Positions 27,792 through 36,598 of a DNA stretch of 64,000 nt are shown piece after piece. Within the stretch, counting starts at the first letter, position 1. Each line of letters begins with the position of its first letter. Both the position numbers and the translations under genes were made by a program. This DNA is from an archaeon. GTDB lineage: Archaea > Iainarchaeota > Iainarchaeia > Iainarchaeales > Iainarchaeaceae. Under the pieces are notes generated by a model. The model saw only the letters and a list, made by a program, of their open reading frames with translations. It was not told where the DNA came from and did no database searches. The stretch lies in the NCBI GenBank assembly GCA_035289625.1, contig DATDWP010000006.1:14321-78320 (forward strand), read 5' to 3'.

Positions 27792-28319
27792 TCACTTCGC
27801 CTTTTTTTTCATCGCATCTCTTGCAACATTTAATATAATTGAAATCACAATGTAGGAGAGAAAATACCATCCGACCCAATTTGTCTCATGGTAAATATCA
27901 ATTCCCCATGTTGAAATGTTAAATAAATCAAAACCATTTGCCAGCCATGGAATTGGAATTGGCAATTTTATTATATCATTGGCATAGAGCATTCCTAGCA
28001 AAAAATATGCCGGAAGAACAATTACCATTGAGGCAACCATTACTTTACTTGATGCGCCCATCATCTTCTGCATTGTTTCAAGCATTTCCTTTTCCATTTG
28101 CTCTAATTCATTTTTCGACTTCGGATCGCCCTTTTTCATTAACTCCTGCATTTTTTTCTGCTTTTGCTTTATTTCCTCTTGCTGCCTTTTCATTTGGTCC
28201 TTATCTATAAATTTGTTTTGTACAAATTGGGTTAGTACAGCTAGCACTGCTGTAATAAGCGTAATATCTACCATTGGCCCAAAAACCATTTTTCCAAAAC
28301 CTTCAACACTAAATTTCAT
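27792..28319 (-). CDS. DUF106/EMC3-like membrane insertase (archaeal YidC/Oxa1-like)
   Basis: Three-TM protein with a long charged coiled-coil between TM1 and TM2. It occupies the conserved position after secY in archaeal r-protein operons. Confidence 0.55.
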   Translation of the reverse strand: MKFSVEGFGKMVFGPMVDITLITAVLAVLTQFVQNKFIDKDQMKRQQEEIKQKQKKMQELMKKGDPKSKNELEQMEKEMLETMQKMMGASSKVMVASMVIVLPAYFLLGMLYANDIIKLPIPIPWLANGFDLFNISTWGIDIYHETNWVGWYFLSYIVISIILNVARDAMKKKAK

Positions 28320-28454
28320 TTTCTTTTAGGGTACAGGCCAGAGAACTGGTCGATAGGAAATTCCCTACGCACCGAAAAAAAACAGTGCTTTGCACTCCCA
28401 ATTGAAATACCAATTCTTCCACCGATTTGCTTATAAAGCTGCCCAGTGGAGCAC

Positions 28455-29066
28455 TCAAAATGCGGTTTTTGGGTCGTGTTTTTGGGATTGGGCAACCATC
28501 TTCATGGTTTTTTTTTGCGTCCTTGCAGAGCACAACTTGAGGTACGACTCCAGTATTTCCATGTCGGTTTTTTTGAGAAGGGCCTTTAGGGTTTTGCTCT
28601 CAAGTGGTTCATTAAAATATGCAAAATCAATGAGGGTTTTTTCAGGGTCTGAGACGTTAAACCATTCCCCTGCATAATTTACCATCTGGTCCCCGAAGAA
28701 CATTTTGCGGCTTATCCTTCTTATAATCACTTTTCTGCCAAGGGCAACCCTCTGTCCGCTGCGCACTTTTCTTGGGGTTATTAGTATCTGGTTTGTTGCC
28801 TGGCCCCAGATTTTATGGATTGAGAGGGCCTCCTGCAACCCGTGGTATGATGGGCTGAAAACGCTTTCGAGTTTTGAAAAATCCCGGGTGAAAGTGTAGC
28901 TGCCTTTTGCTATCCTGAATATTTCCCCATTTTTTACAAGGTTGTGGATTAGGAGTTTTATGTACTGGCCTGTTGACCCTTTTTGGGAGAGGAATTTTTT
29001 TGCATCATTTATAGAAAACTTCTCCCTACCACGAAAGCGTTCCCGGAACTGCTTGAGGTACTTCAT
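28455..29066 (-). CDS. AbiEi-like antitoxin / transcriptional regulator (type IV TA)
   Basis: N-terminal wHTH (NDAKKFLSQKGSTGQYIKLLIHNLVKNGEIFRIAKGSYTF) plus a C-terminal domain. It overlaps the upstream AbiEii gene by 4 nt. Confidence 0.55.
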   Translation of the reverse strand: MKYLKQFRERFRGREKFSINDAKKFLSQKGSTGQYIKLLIHNLVKNGEIFRIAKGSYTFTRDFSKLESVFSPSYHGLQEALSIHKIWGQATNQILITPRKVRSGQRVALGRKVIIRRISRKMFFGDQMVNYAGEWFNVSDPEKTLIDFAYFNEPLESKTLKALLKKTDMEILESYLKLCSARTQKKTMKMVAQSQKHDPKTAF

Positions 29067-29704
29067 TTTCCAAGCCTCCTTTTGATTGCATCAACCATTT
29101 CATTAAATGAAGGGGCGGGGCCCGCATAGACAAGCGTGCGGAGGTTTTTTTCATCAACAGGGCTTGGGAGCTTTTGCACAAATTTGAGAAGTTCAGTGCG
29201 CACTTTTGAAAGATCGTATTTTGATGAGAGGAAATAAACATCATAAATGTCGCGGATGAGCCTTCTTGAGGCAAACGCATTTGCCTTTTCCACAATGAGG
29301 TCTTGTGGGGAGAGTGTATAAATGTCAGTGTGCGAGCCATCGGATCTTTCAAACCCCGCAATAATTTTGCTTTTTTTTTCCCGCAGAGAAACTTCTATTG
29401 AAACTTCTAATCGTTCATCCGATATTTTTGCATAAATGCTGTTTTGGGTTTTCCTGAACTTAGTTACCTTCAGTGAGCGTTTTGAGGCTTCTGCAATAAG
29501 TACATCCTGCAAACCATCTTTTGGCAGGGCGTAAAAATCAAGGTCCTCGGAAAACCTCTTGCCCTCATAGCACCTCCAGATGGCTGTCCCTCCGTGCAGC
29601 ACTGCTTCGGGGCAGACTGCATAGAGAATTTCAAGCGCCTCATCCTGTAGCTGGGCAAGGGATGCCTGGGGCTTTCGCAACAAATTCTTCAAAGGCAGGT
29701 GCAT
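29063..29704 (-). CDS. AbiEii/AbiGii-family nucleotidyltransferase toxin (DUF1814)
   Basis: LHGGTAIWRCYEGKRFSEDLDF nucleotidyltransferase motif (GG...D.D). Confidence 0.7.
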   Translation of the reverse strand: MHLPLKNLLRKPQASLAQLQDEALEILYAVCPEAVLHGGTAIWRCYEGKRFSEDLDFYALPKDGLQDVLIAEASKRSLKVTKFRKTQNSIYAKISDERLEVSIEVSLREKKSKIIAGFERSDGSHTDIYTLSPQDLIVEKANAFASRRLIRDIYDVYFLSSKYDLSKVRTELLKFVQKLPSPVDEKNLRTLVYAGPAPSFNEMVDAIKRRLGK

Positions 29705-29853
29705 TTACTTCACAAATATATAATTAACCAAGGTTATATAATAATATATCTTTGGTTGATTTATAGGAAAAAGGGTATTTTAGGCTTTGCGCAAATCTAT
29801 TCGCCTCCAAGTGGCAGGTACGCCTTTCAAAATGCCACTTTCACTACTGGCTC

Positions 29854-31713
29854 CTATTTTGGCTTGAACCCAAATATGCTTGAGAGCCAATCGATTATTT
29901 GCTCAAGAAGGTTTCTCTGTTCACTTAGCTGCTGCTGGAGATTTAAACATACTCCGGAACTGCAATTGTTGCTAACGCACTCAAAACTATTTTGACATGT
30001 GCTTCCATCATTTTTTTGCAGTTCAACCTTCTTTGTTATGTCGCAATAATTTGTTTCTGATTTTACTGAAAGCCTTGTCCCTATAGGAATGCACTGGTTG
30101 TCCACTGTGCATCCTGTGCATAGTGGTGTTTGTTCTTGTTGCTTGCACTGCTTTTCCGGGGCTTGCGCGCATTTCCAATTGCCACCAATGCAGGTGCACC
30201 AGCTAACTTTGCCTCCATCCGCACACTCAAAGCTCTTTGTGTCATCTTCTGTACAAACAAGGGCAGGCACTGGTATGGTGGTTTGCCCTTCGGAAGGTAT
30301 AGGTTCTTTTTTGTCATCCGAACCCCCACTTGTGGTTTTGCTGCAATCAAATTTGGCGTATTCGTTTGAGCCATCCATTGTTGTATAAGCGTATCCTCCG
30401 CACGAACTCTTCCAAACGATTTGTTTTCCGCTATCCCCTGTTACCTCCACAGTGCATGCTTCAATTCCGCCACAAAAACCAACTTCCGAATAACACTTCT
30501 GCTCTGCTTCAGAATTGTTGAATAAGCACTTTACAGATTCGGTTACTTTTTTTATTGGTTCTTTTTCGCCTGTACTGCCCACAATCCCAAGTTCAGCTTC
30601 AATTGCCTGCTTGAACACTTCATATCCCTGAGCTCCTACAACCACTCTCTTCCCGATAAATACTGTCGGGGTACCGTTCACTTTGCGTGAAATCCCGTCT
30701 TCATAGTCCAATTTTACTTTTGCAGCTTTGCTTGAACTTTCAAGGCATTCATTAAATTTCGTCTTATCAAGCCCAAGCTGCGCTGCGTAATTTTCAAGGT
30801 CCGAATTCTCCAGGTTCTGCTGGTTTGCAAAAACAGTATCAATGTACTTTCTAAATGCCACTTGGTCGCGGGCACATTCAGCAGCTTCTGCAGCTTTCTG
30901 TGAATGGGTGTGAAATTCGAGAGGGAAGTGCCTGTATACAAATTCAACTTTCCCGCTAAATTCTTTTTCAATTATTGGAAGTGTATTGCGGTTGAACAAC
31001 GCCCCGAAAGGGCCTTCCAGGTCATCAAATATTTCAATTAGAAGTGTGCTGCCGACCGTGCTGCCAGACTCCGGATTTGAAGGTGCCTCTACTATTTTCA
31101 CTTGTTCGAGCGGCACTTTCCACTCTTTTGAAACATCATTTTCCTTTATTATGACAAAAATATTTATGTTAAGGTAGGTCCTTTTTGCTAGTGTAACTAT
31201 TTCGTACGCCCCGAGTTCTTTAATGTACGGAAGTGTTGTATAGAATTTATTTGTCGGGTCATTGCTTTTGCTAGAAATCCCGGCAATATCGCCATTGTTC
31301 CACTCAAAACCGGCAGTTATGTAAACTTTTTCGGAGGTGCTTGTAATCGGTTTTACATATAATGTATACCCGTAATCATCCTCCGATACAAAATATTCTG
31401 CCCCTATTTCCGAACCGGATTTTGAGCAATCAAATTCTATTTTTTTATCGGTCCCATCCGCTATTGTGTACTGCGCCCCGTCGCAGGAGCTTTTCCACTC
31501 TATTTTTGTTTGGTTTATAGGGTTTATGAGTGCCTGGCAGCTTCCCACTCCTGAACATAGGGCATAATCCGAATAGCACTTGTGCGCCTCGTTCTCTTTT
31601 GAATTATTGAAGATGCACAATACGTTTTCAGCAACTGTTGGAGGGCTGAGCGCAAAAACCGTGCCAGCCACAAATATCATCAACATGGCGGCAAAGAGTA
31701 TTTTCATTTTCAT
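29854..31713 (-). CDS. secreted Cys-rich protein with a redox-inactive DsbA-like (Thioredoxin_4) domain flanked by duplicated Cys-rich modules
   Basis: Signal peptide MKMKILFAAMLMIFVAGTVFA. Two copies of the module C[IL]FNNS..KCYS..C.G...C...WKSSC.G..YT..DG....FDCSK. The central domain aligns to DsbA (FPLEFHTHSQKAAEAAECA...GLDKTKFNECLESS...VNGTPTVFIG), but CxxC is replaced by FDDLEGPFGA. The C-terminus is Cys-rich. Confidence 0.6.
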   Translation of the reverse strand: MKMKILFAAMLMIFVAGTVFALSPPTVAENVLCIFNNSKENEAHKCYSDYALCSGVGSCQALINPINQTKIEWKSSCDGAQYTIADGTDKKIEFDCSKSGSEIGAEYFVSEDDYGYTLYVKPITSTSEKVYITAGFEWNNGDIAGISSKSNDPTNKFYTTLPYIKELGAYEIVTLAKRTYLNINIFVIIKENDVSKEWKVPLEQVKIVEAPSNPESGSTVGSTLLIEIFDDLEGPFGALFNRNTLPIIEKEFSGKVEFVYRHFPLEFHTHSQKAAEAAECARDQVAFRKYIDTVFANQQNLENSDLENYAAQLGLDKTKFNECLESSSKAAKVKLDYEDGISRKVNGTPTVFIGKRVVVGAQGYEVFKQAIEAELGIVGSTGEKEPIKKVTESVKCLFNNSEAEQKCYSEVGFCGGIEACTVEVTGDSGKQIVWKSSCGGYAYTTMDGSNEYAKFDCSKTTSGGSDDKKEPIPSEGQTTIPVPALVCTEDDTKSFECADGGKVSWCTCIGGNWKCAQAPEKQCKQQEQTPLCTGCTVDNQCIPIGTRLSVKSETNYCDITKKVELQKNDGSTCQNSFECVSNNCSSGVCLNLQQQLSEQRNLLEQIIDWLSSIFGFKPK

Positions 31714-31778
31714 GCTATCATCATTTGCCGTGCCGTGTATTTATAAGTATGCATTTGGTTAGCATGTATGTGGCGTGT

Positions 31779-33197
31779 TTACCCAGATCCAAAGATTTTG
31801 CCAAGCATTGGGTGCATTTCCATTATTTGCTGCTTTGCCAGTTCTTCATAGAGCCTATATACAATTCCAACTGTTAGTAAAATTCCTGTTCCTGAACCAA
31901 TTGCGCCTGTCAGGTCCGCAAACCCGGCTAAGAGCCCGACAAAAGCTGAACCTAGAACTGTAATTGTGGGAATATATCTATCAAGAACTTGCTGCATTAC
32001 GCGCGGGTCCCTTCTAAACCCCGGAATTGACATCCCTGCCCGATCAAGCTGTGCTGCAACACGCTCGCTTCCTTGGCCTCCTAATTCTATCCAAAACCTT
32101 CCAAATACTACGCACACAAGCGTAAGTATTATTATGTAGAGGATTGCATGGATTATGCTCCCTCCAAGGCCTATGAATTGTAAGGATGTGATGCTCTGAA
32201 CCATTTGGCTAAAAACTTCTGAAGAGAGCCCTTCTAGAAGTATTTGCTGTATTAGCCCATAGGGCGGTATTACAATTGCCGCAAATCCATTTAGTATGCT
32301 ATCTAATATAGGCACCCTGCCATTAACAAGTGTTGCCCAGATTTTGATGTTTGCAAAAAGTGCAACTGCAAGTATCACCGGCATATTTGAAACATACAAA
32401 AATTTTACCGGGTATCTTCCACCCGTGCCTTTTCTTCCAAGCGTTATTGGAATATTTACATGTATCCCTTCAGCATACACAACCACCAAGAACACAAGTA
32501 TCGTAAATATTATCGGGACAAGTGAGACTATCACTGCGTTTAGAATATTATTTGTAGCCTCGCGGAAAAATAGGAACAAAAGACCGCTCCCTTCTGTTAA
32601 GGAGAGATTTTGCGCAAGATCAACCGGGGAAAATATCCTCCACACAATTTCCCCTGCAACTCCGCCGGCAATAAAAAGGCCAATTCCGGATCCAATTCCG
32701 TATTTTGAAACAACTTCATCTAAATACAAAAGTATGATCGAGCCTATTGCAACCTGCAATACAACCCATAAAAACATCCCTTCAGAAGGGGCCAAAAACC
32801 CTGTGAGTGAATATACTGCCGCTTCAAAAAAGCTCAGTACAATTGCAAGAAGTTTTTGCACTCCGCTAAATTGTGCCTTTTCAGCAGGATTTGAAAAATC
32901 AAGTTTTATTAGCCCGCCGCCAATTAGAAGTTGAAGTACAATTGAAGCCAGTACAATAGGGCCAATTCCAACTGTTAGAAGGCTTCCTATTTGCGAAGCA
33001 AGAATTATTTGAAGCTGCTCAAGTTGTCCTGCGCTCTGGGCCGAGAGGCCAATTACGCGGATATTTCCCATTATGAAAAAAATCAGTAAAACAAGGCCAG
33101 TCCAGAGCAAGCGCTTTTTTAGTGGGCGCCTCTCTTCCGGTGACTTCACTTCCGGAAGCAAGCCATATAGTGGCTTGAGGACTCCAAGTACGCTCAT
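31779..33197 (-). CDS. secY: preprotein translocase subunit SecY
   Basis: Ten-TM SecY architecture, 472 aa, downstream of L15. Confidence 0.9.
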   Translation of the reverse strand: MSVLGVLKPLYGLLPEVKSPEERRPLKKRLLWTGLVLLIFFIMGNIRVIGLSAQSAGQLEQLQIILASQIGSLLTVGIGPIVLASIVLQLLIGGGLIKLDFSNPAEKAQFSGVQKLLAIVLSFFEAAVYSLTGFLAPSEGMFLWVVLQVAIGSIILLYLDEVVSKYGIGSGIGLFIAGGVAGEIVWRIFSPVDLAQNLSLTEGSGLLFLFFREATNNILNAVIVSLVPIIFTILVFLVVVYAEGIHVNIPITLGRKGTGGRYPVKFLYVSNMPVILAVALFANIKIWATLVNGRVPILDSILNGFAAIVIPPYGLIQQILLEGLSSEVFSQMVQSITSLQFIGLGGSIIHAILYIIILTLVCVVFGRFWIELGGQGSERVAAQLDRAGMSIPGFRRDPRVMQQVLDRYIPTITVLGSAFVGLLAGFADLTGAIGSGTGILLTVGIVYRLYEELAKQQIMEMHPMLGKIFGSG

Positions 33198-33649
33198 TGT
33201 TCTTCACTTTCTCCTTCTTGTTCAAACTCTTCATCCCCAAGACTGCTGCCCCCTGCATCAATTATTTTTTGCACGGCACTTTTTGAGGCGGATGCATTTT
33301 CCAGTTTTATTTTTTCCTTGATATTTCCCCGTCCAAGCACTTTTCCAAATCCGAGTGCTTTTCCGTCCACTATAACAAGCCCGTTCTCCTTTTTTACCTT
33401 GCCGCTTTTCTCCCAGCGCGAAATATTGTCGGATATATAATCAAGGTTTACAACAGTTTTTTTGGCCTTTGTCTTTAGTGTTCTCTTTATGCCAAAATCA
33501 AGATACATTGTAGAAAATTTATGTTTGTGAGAGCCCCCTCTTCCGACTCCGCCGCGGTTTCCAGAACCCCTGCGGTTTTTTGTCCCGCCAGCGCCGTGTG
33601 TCCTATTGCCCCTTTGCTTGTGTTTTTTCCTTCTTTTGCGAACAACCAT
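33194..33649 (-). CDS. rpl15: ribosomal protein L15 (uL15)
   Basis: KRRKKHKQRGNRTHGAGGTKNRRGSGNRGG matches L15. Confidence 0.85.
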   Translation of the reverse strand: MVVRKRRKKHKQRGNRTHGAGGTKNRRGSGNRGGVGRGGSHKHKFSTMYLDFGIKRTLKTKAKKTVVNLDYISDNISRWEKSGKVKKENGLVIVDGKALGFGKVLGRGNIKEKIKLENASASKSAVQKIIDAGGSSLGDEEFEQEGESEEQ

Positions 33650-33660
33650 ATTTTTGCCCC

Positions 33661-34116
33661 CTAAATCATCCTTGCAATAAGATCATTTATTTTCGAAGCC
33701 CTATAACCCAGCGCTCCGCCGACCTTGAATTGTTTTTTTATTCCCTGCCTTTCATATCCTTTTCGCGGAGGGCGCAACCTGAACACCGGTTCAATTTCGA
33801 AATCTTTTAATTTTTTCTTTCCGGAAATTATTGTTTTTGCAAGTTCTGAAACACTTGGGATTTTTTTTGATTTCAAAAACTCCTCTGTAATTTTTTTATT
33901 GCCCTGCACTTCTGCCCTCTTTTCAAGAAGGGCGATAAGGGTATTTTCATCAATTTCACCAAATGTTACATAGTCCTTTACTTTGTCCACCATTTTTTTT
34001 GAAGCATCGGCTACCAGTACAAGGTGGTTGACCTTGTGCAGCCTTAGCATATACATTGTTTCGCGCAACTTGCGAGTAACCCCGGATGTGCCCCTAACCC
34101 TTATTGCTGCTATCAT
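33661..34116 (-). CDS. rpl30: ribosomal protein L30 (uL30)
   Basis: MIAAIRVRGTSGV...LRLHKVNHLVLV matches L30. Confidence 0.8.
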   Translation of the reverse strand: MIAAIRVRGTSGVTRKLRETMYMLRLHKVNHLVLVADASKKMVDKVKDYVTFGEIDENTLIALLEKRAEVQGNKKITEEFLKSKKIPSVSELAKTIISGKKKLKDFEIEPVFRLRPPRKGYERQGIKKQFKVGGALGYRASKINDLIARMI

Positions 34117-34826
34117 CTCTTTGCCTCCAATTTCGCTGCAATATCTTGCGAGAGCCTCACATCATTTGTTGCGGCGAGCGCGTCAACTGCTGCTGCGACA
34201 AAATCAAGAGTTGATGCTGTGTTTCCGCGGCACTTGCTCCAGACATCCCTAATCCCGACAAATTTCATTACATCTTTTATTTTATCCCCAACAACAAGCC
34301 CGGTGCCCCTTGGCGCCGGAAGCAAGCTCACACGCACTGAAGATGAATTTCCATCCACTTTGAACGGGATTGAGTGCTGCTCTTTGCAGCGGCACGCCCA
34401 ACTTCCGCACCCTTTTCTCACTTTTCTTAATGCAAGTTTTGCGGTGCGTGTTGCCTTTGTAATTGCCGGGTATCTTTCCTTATCTTTTGCAGTGCCAAGC
34501 CCAATATAGCTCTCTCCATCGCCAATTAGCACTGATGCCCTAAAAGAAAAGCTTCTTCCCTGCCTTGTAATTCTTGCTGTTTTTCTAAATTCAACAAGTT
34601 TGTCCCTAATATCCGGCAAGAGCATGTCTGCAATCTCAGGCTCCATTACCTTATAGCCTTTTGCAAAAAAATCATCCATGCTTGTAATCTCCCCGTCCTT
34701 TACCATTTTTCCGATTCGTGTTGATGGCACCCACTCAGAGATAGCTTTTTGCTTATCCCCCTCCCTTCTAACCTGCCTTTCAGCTTCAGTCTCAGCTCGC
34801 CTTTCCCTTTTTGCCATTTTTTTCAC
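34113..34826 (-). CDS. rps5: ribosomal protein S5 (uS5)
   Basis: dsRBD plus S5 C-terminal domain (VLIGDGESYIGLGTAKDKE). Confidence 0.9.
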   Translation of the reverse strand: MKKMAKRERRAETEAERQVRREGDKQKAISEWVPSTRIGKMVKDGEITSMDDFFAKGYKVMEPEIADMLLPDIRDKLVEFRKTARITRQGRSFSFRASVLIGDGESYIGLGTAKDKERYPAITKATRTAKLALRKVRKGCGSWACRCKEQHSIPFKVDGNSSSVRVSLLPAPRGTGLVVGDKIKDVMKFVGIRDVWSKCRGNTASTLDFVAAAVDALAATNDVRLSQDIAAKLEAKR

Positions 34827-35332
34827 CCAAACTCCTTATCTAATGCAGATTTTGCCTGGTCGAAATTTTTTACAACCTGCTCGCTTATGTGCTTTCCGCT
34901 AAACCTATCGGCTTTAGGGAAAACTTTTTCATCGCATGGGATTTTCATTCCGGCATCAATTGCCCCTTTTAGCGCTGCAAATATCCTGCTGCCATGAACA
35001 GGGGAGCAGAGCCCAATATCCAAAACCGCATCCTTGCTTTTTGCACTTTTAAGTGCTTTTTTTGCGCACGCATAGCCGGCTAGATATGCCGCCGGCAAAT
35101 TGCCTGTATGACCGCTCCATCCGAATTTTTTGAGCCCTCTTGTTGAAAAGAAACTTTCCACAATATCCCCTGCAGGTTTATAAGTTACAAGTTCAACAAC
35201 TGTGCCGTTATTGGATTTTCTAACAACCAATCTTTGCTTAGATGATTTTAGAAGGGCTAGCCTTTTTTTGTAATCTGTTTTCATCTCCCTTCTTCGCCTG
35301 AACTTGACCTTGTATGTTGGACTTGTACTCAC
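34823..35332 (-). CDS. rpl18: ribosomal protein L18 (uL18)
   Basis: RLVVRKSNNGTVVELV...GLKKFGWSGHTGNLPAAYLAGYA matches L18. Confidence 0.85.
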   Translation of the reverse strand: MSTSPTYKVKFRRRREMKTDYKKRLALLKSSKQRLVVRKSNNGTVVELVTYKPAGDIVESFFSTRGLKKFGWSGHTGNLPAAYLAGYACAKKALKSAKSKDAVLDIGLCSPVHGSRIFAALKGAIDAGMKIPCDEKVFPKADRFSGKHISEQVVKNFDQAKSALDKEFG

Positions 35333-35778
35333 TTGCTCGCCCCCTCAACCATTGTGTTCAGGTATTTTTTTCCCTTGAAATAATTTCCCTTAACCATTAA
35401 GTAAATTTGCCTTGCCGGCTTTTTGAATTTCACGCCGCTCTTTTTCATCTCGCGTAAAACCCTTCTCTGGGCGCGTACATTGCTAATCCAGCTCTTCCTT
35501 GCCCTTTTTCGCGCGCTCTTTGGGCCTGTTCGTTTTCCCCTACCGCTCTTGCGCCCCTTTCTTTTCTTTGCAAGCAAGACCCTTGCCCTGCCCCTGCTTT
35601 GCAAGGCATCATTTCTCTTTTTTATTGTGCCCTGCTTTATTAGTGAACGCACGTCCTCTTTTGTCATTGCCTGAGCAATACCTTCTCCATGTTCCGGGCT
35701 TATCCAAATCTTGGTTTGCCCAACTTTTAGAATACTGCTGGCAATTCTTCTTGCTTTTTTATCGTTCATGCTTTTCAC
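35329..35778 (-). CDS. rpl19e: ribosomal protein L19e (eL19)
   Basis: KARRIASSILKVGQTKIWISPEHGE matches L19e. Confidence 0.85.
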   Translation of the reverse strand: MKSMNDKKARRIASSILKVGQTKIWISPEHGEGIAQAMTKEDVRSLIKQGTIKKRNDALQSRGRARVLLAKKRKGRKSGRGKRTGPKSARKRARKSWISNVRAQRRVLREMKKSGVKFKKPARQIYLMVKGNYFKGKKYLNTMVEGASK

Positions 35779-35781
35779 CTT

Positions 35782-36597
35782 TTATGGGTTTAGGACCTTT
35801 ATCCCTTTTTCAATTGCCTTATCAACAATCATTGTTTTTTTCCGGCTTCCAATCCCTGCAATTATTCTTATTGCAAAATCTTTAGGCACGCTTTCTAATT
35901 CTTTTATTGTTTTTATAGGGTGCTCGCGATAGCCGCTTGGATGAACATTTCTAACTTCTTTTGCAGTTGCATAACCAACTCGCGGCATATACCCATCAGA
36001 TATCACTCGCTTAACATCAATTCCGCGCGGAACTCTCCATCTGTTCCACTTAGCAATACTTTTTTTGCGGATATTTCTCTTCCCAAACCTGCCCCTAAAT
36101 GTTGGGTGTCCCATTTTGTGCAATACAATATCGCGGTTTTCCAAAACCCCTGTGCTCTTTTTCACAACAACTTTTCTTGACTTTGCCTTCACTTTCTTCT
36201 CTTTTGGTTTTGCGGTTTCTTTTTTTTCAGTGGTTTTTTGCACAGTTGCTTTTGCCACTTCTTTTTTCTCTTCTTTTTGCTCTTTTGTGCTGTCTTTGTG
36301 CTCTGCATGGATATGATCTGCATGAGAGTGATCTGTGTGTTCGTGTGCATGATCGTGTGAGTGATCTGCATGATCATGTGCGTGTGTATCTTTGTGAGCA
36401 TTATCTGCTGTCTGCGCTGCGTGCTTTTCTTTTGCAGGGGCTTTTGGCTCTGCTGCTTTTTTCTCAAGCGGCTTTACGCTCTGCTTTTTTTGAGGGCGTG
36501 ATATTTCTGTTTCAGACTTTGCCTTTGCGCCCTTTGTTTTCTTTTCAATGTGGTCTTGCCAGTTTGCAGCTTCCTTACCTGTTTTTTTTTCAGCCAT
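35782..36597 (-). CDS. rpl32e: ribosomal protein L32e (eL32) with long His/Asp/Lys-rich N-terminal extension
   Basis: C-terminal L32e core (MGHPTFRGRFGKRNIRKKSIAKWNRWRVPRGIDVK). The N-terminal 160 aa are low-complexity and include HAHDHADHSHDHAHEHTDHSHADHIHAEH. Confidence 0.8.
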   Translation of the reverse strand: MAEKKTGKEAANWQDHIEKKTKGAKAKSETEISRPQKKQSVKPLEKKAAEPKAPAKEKHAAQTADNAHKDTHAHDHADHSHDHAHEHTDHSHADHIHAEHKDSTKEQKEEKKEVAKATVQKTTEKKETAKPKEKKVKAKSRKVVVKKSTGVLENRDIVLHKMGHPTFRGRFGKRNIRKKSIAKWNRWRVPRGIDVKRVISDGYMPRVGYATAKEVRNVHPSGYREHPIKTIKELESVPKDFAIRIIAGIGSRKKTMIVDKAIEKGIKVLNP

Positions 36598-36598
36598 T

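Noticed and set aside
28309-28533. 74-aa minus-strand ORF overlapping the DUF106 gene start and the adjacent spacer
   Set aside because: It overlaps the N-terminus of the better-supported DUF106 gene in another frame. It has no SD or motif and is likely spurious.
36189-36467. 92-aa K/Q-rich ORF and the His-rich tract considered as separate genes
   Set aside because: Both are alternative-frame or in-frame parts of the low-complexity N-terminal extension of L32e. There is no independent start or SD, and they are contiguous with the L32e core.
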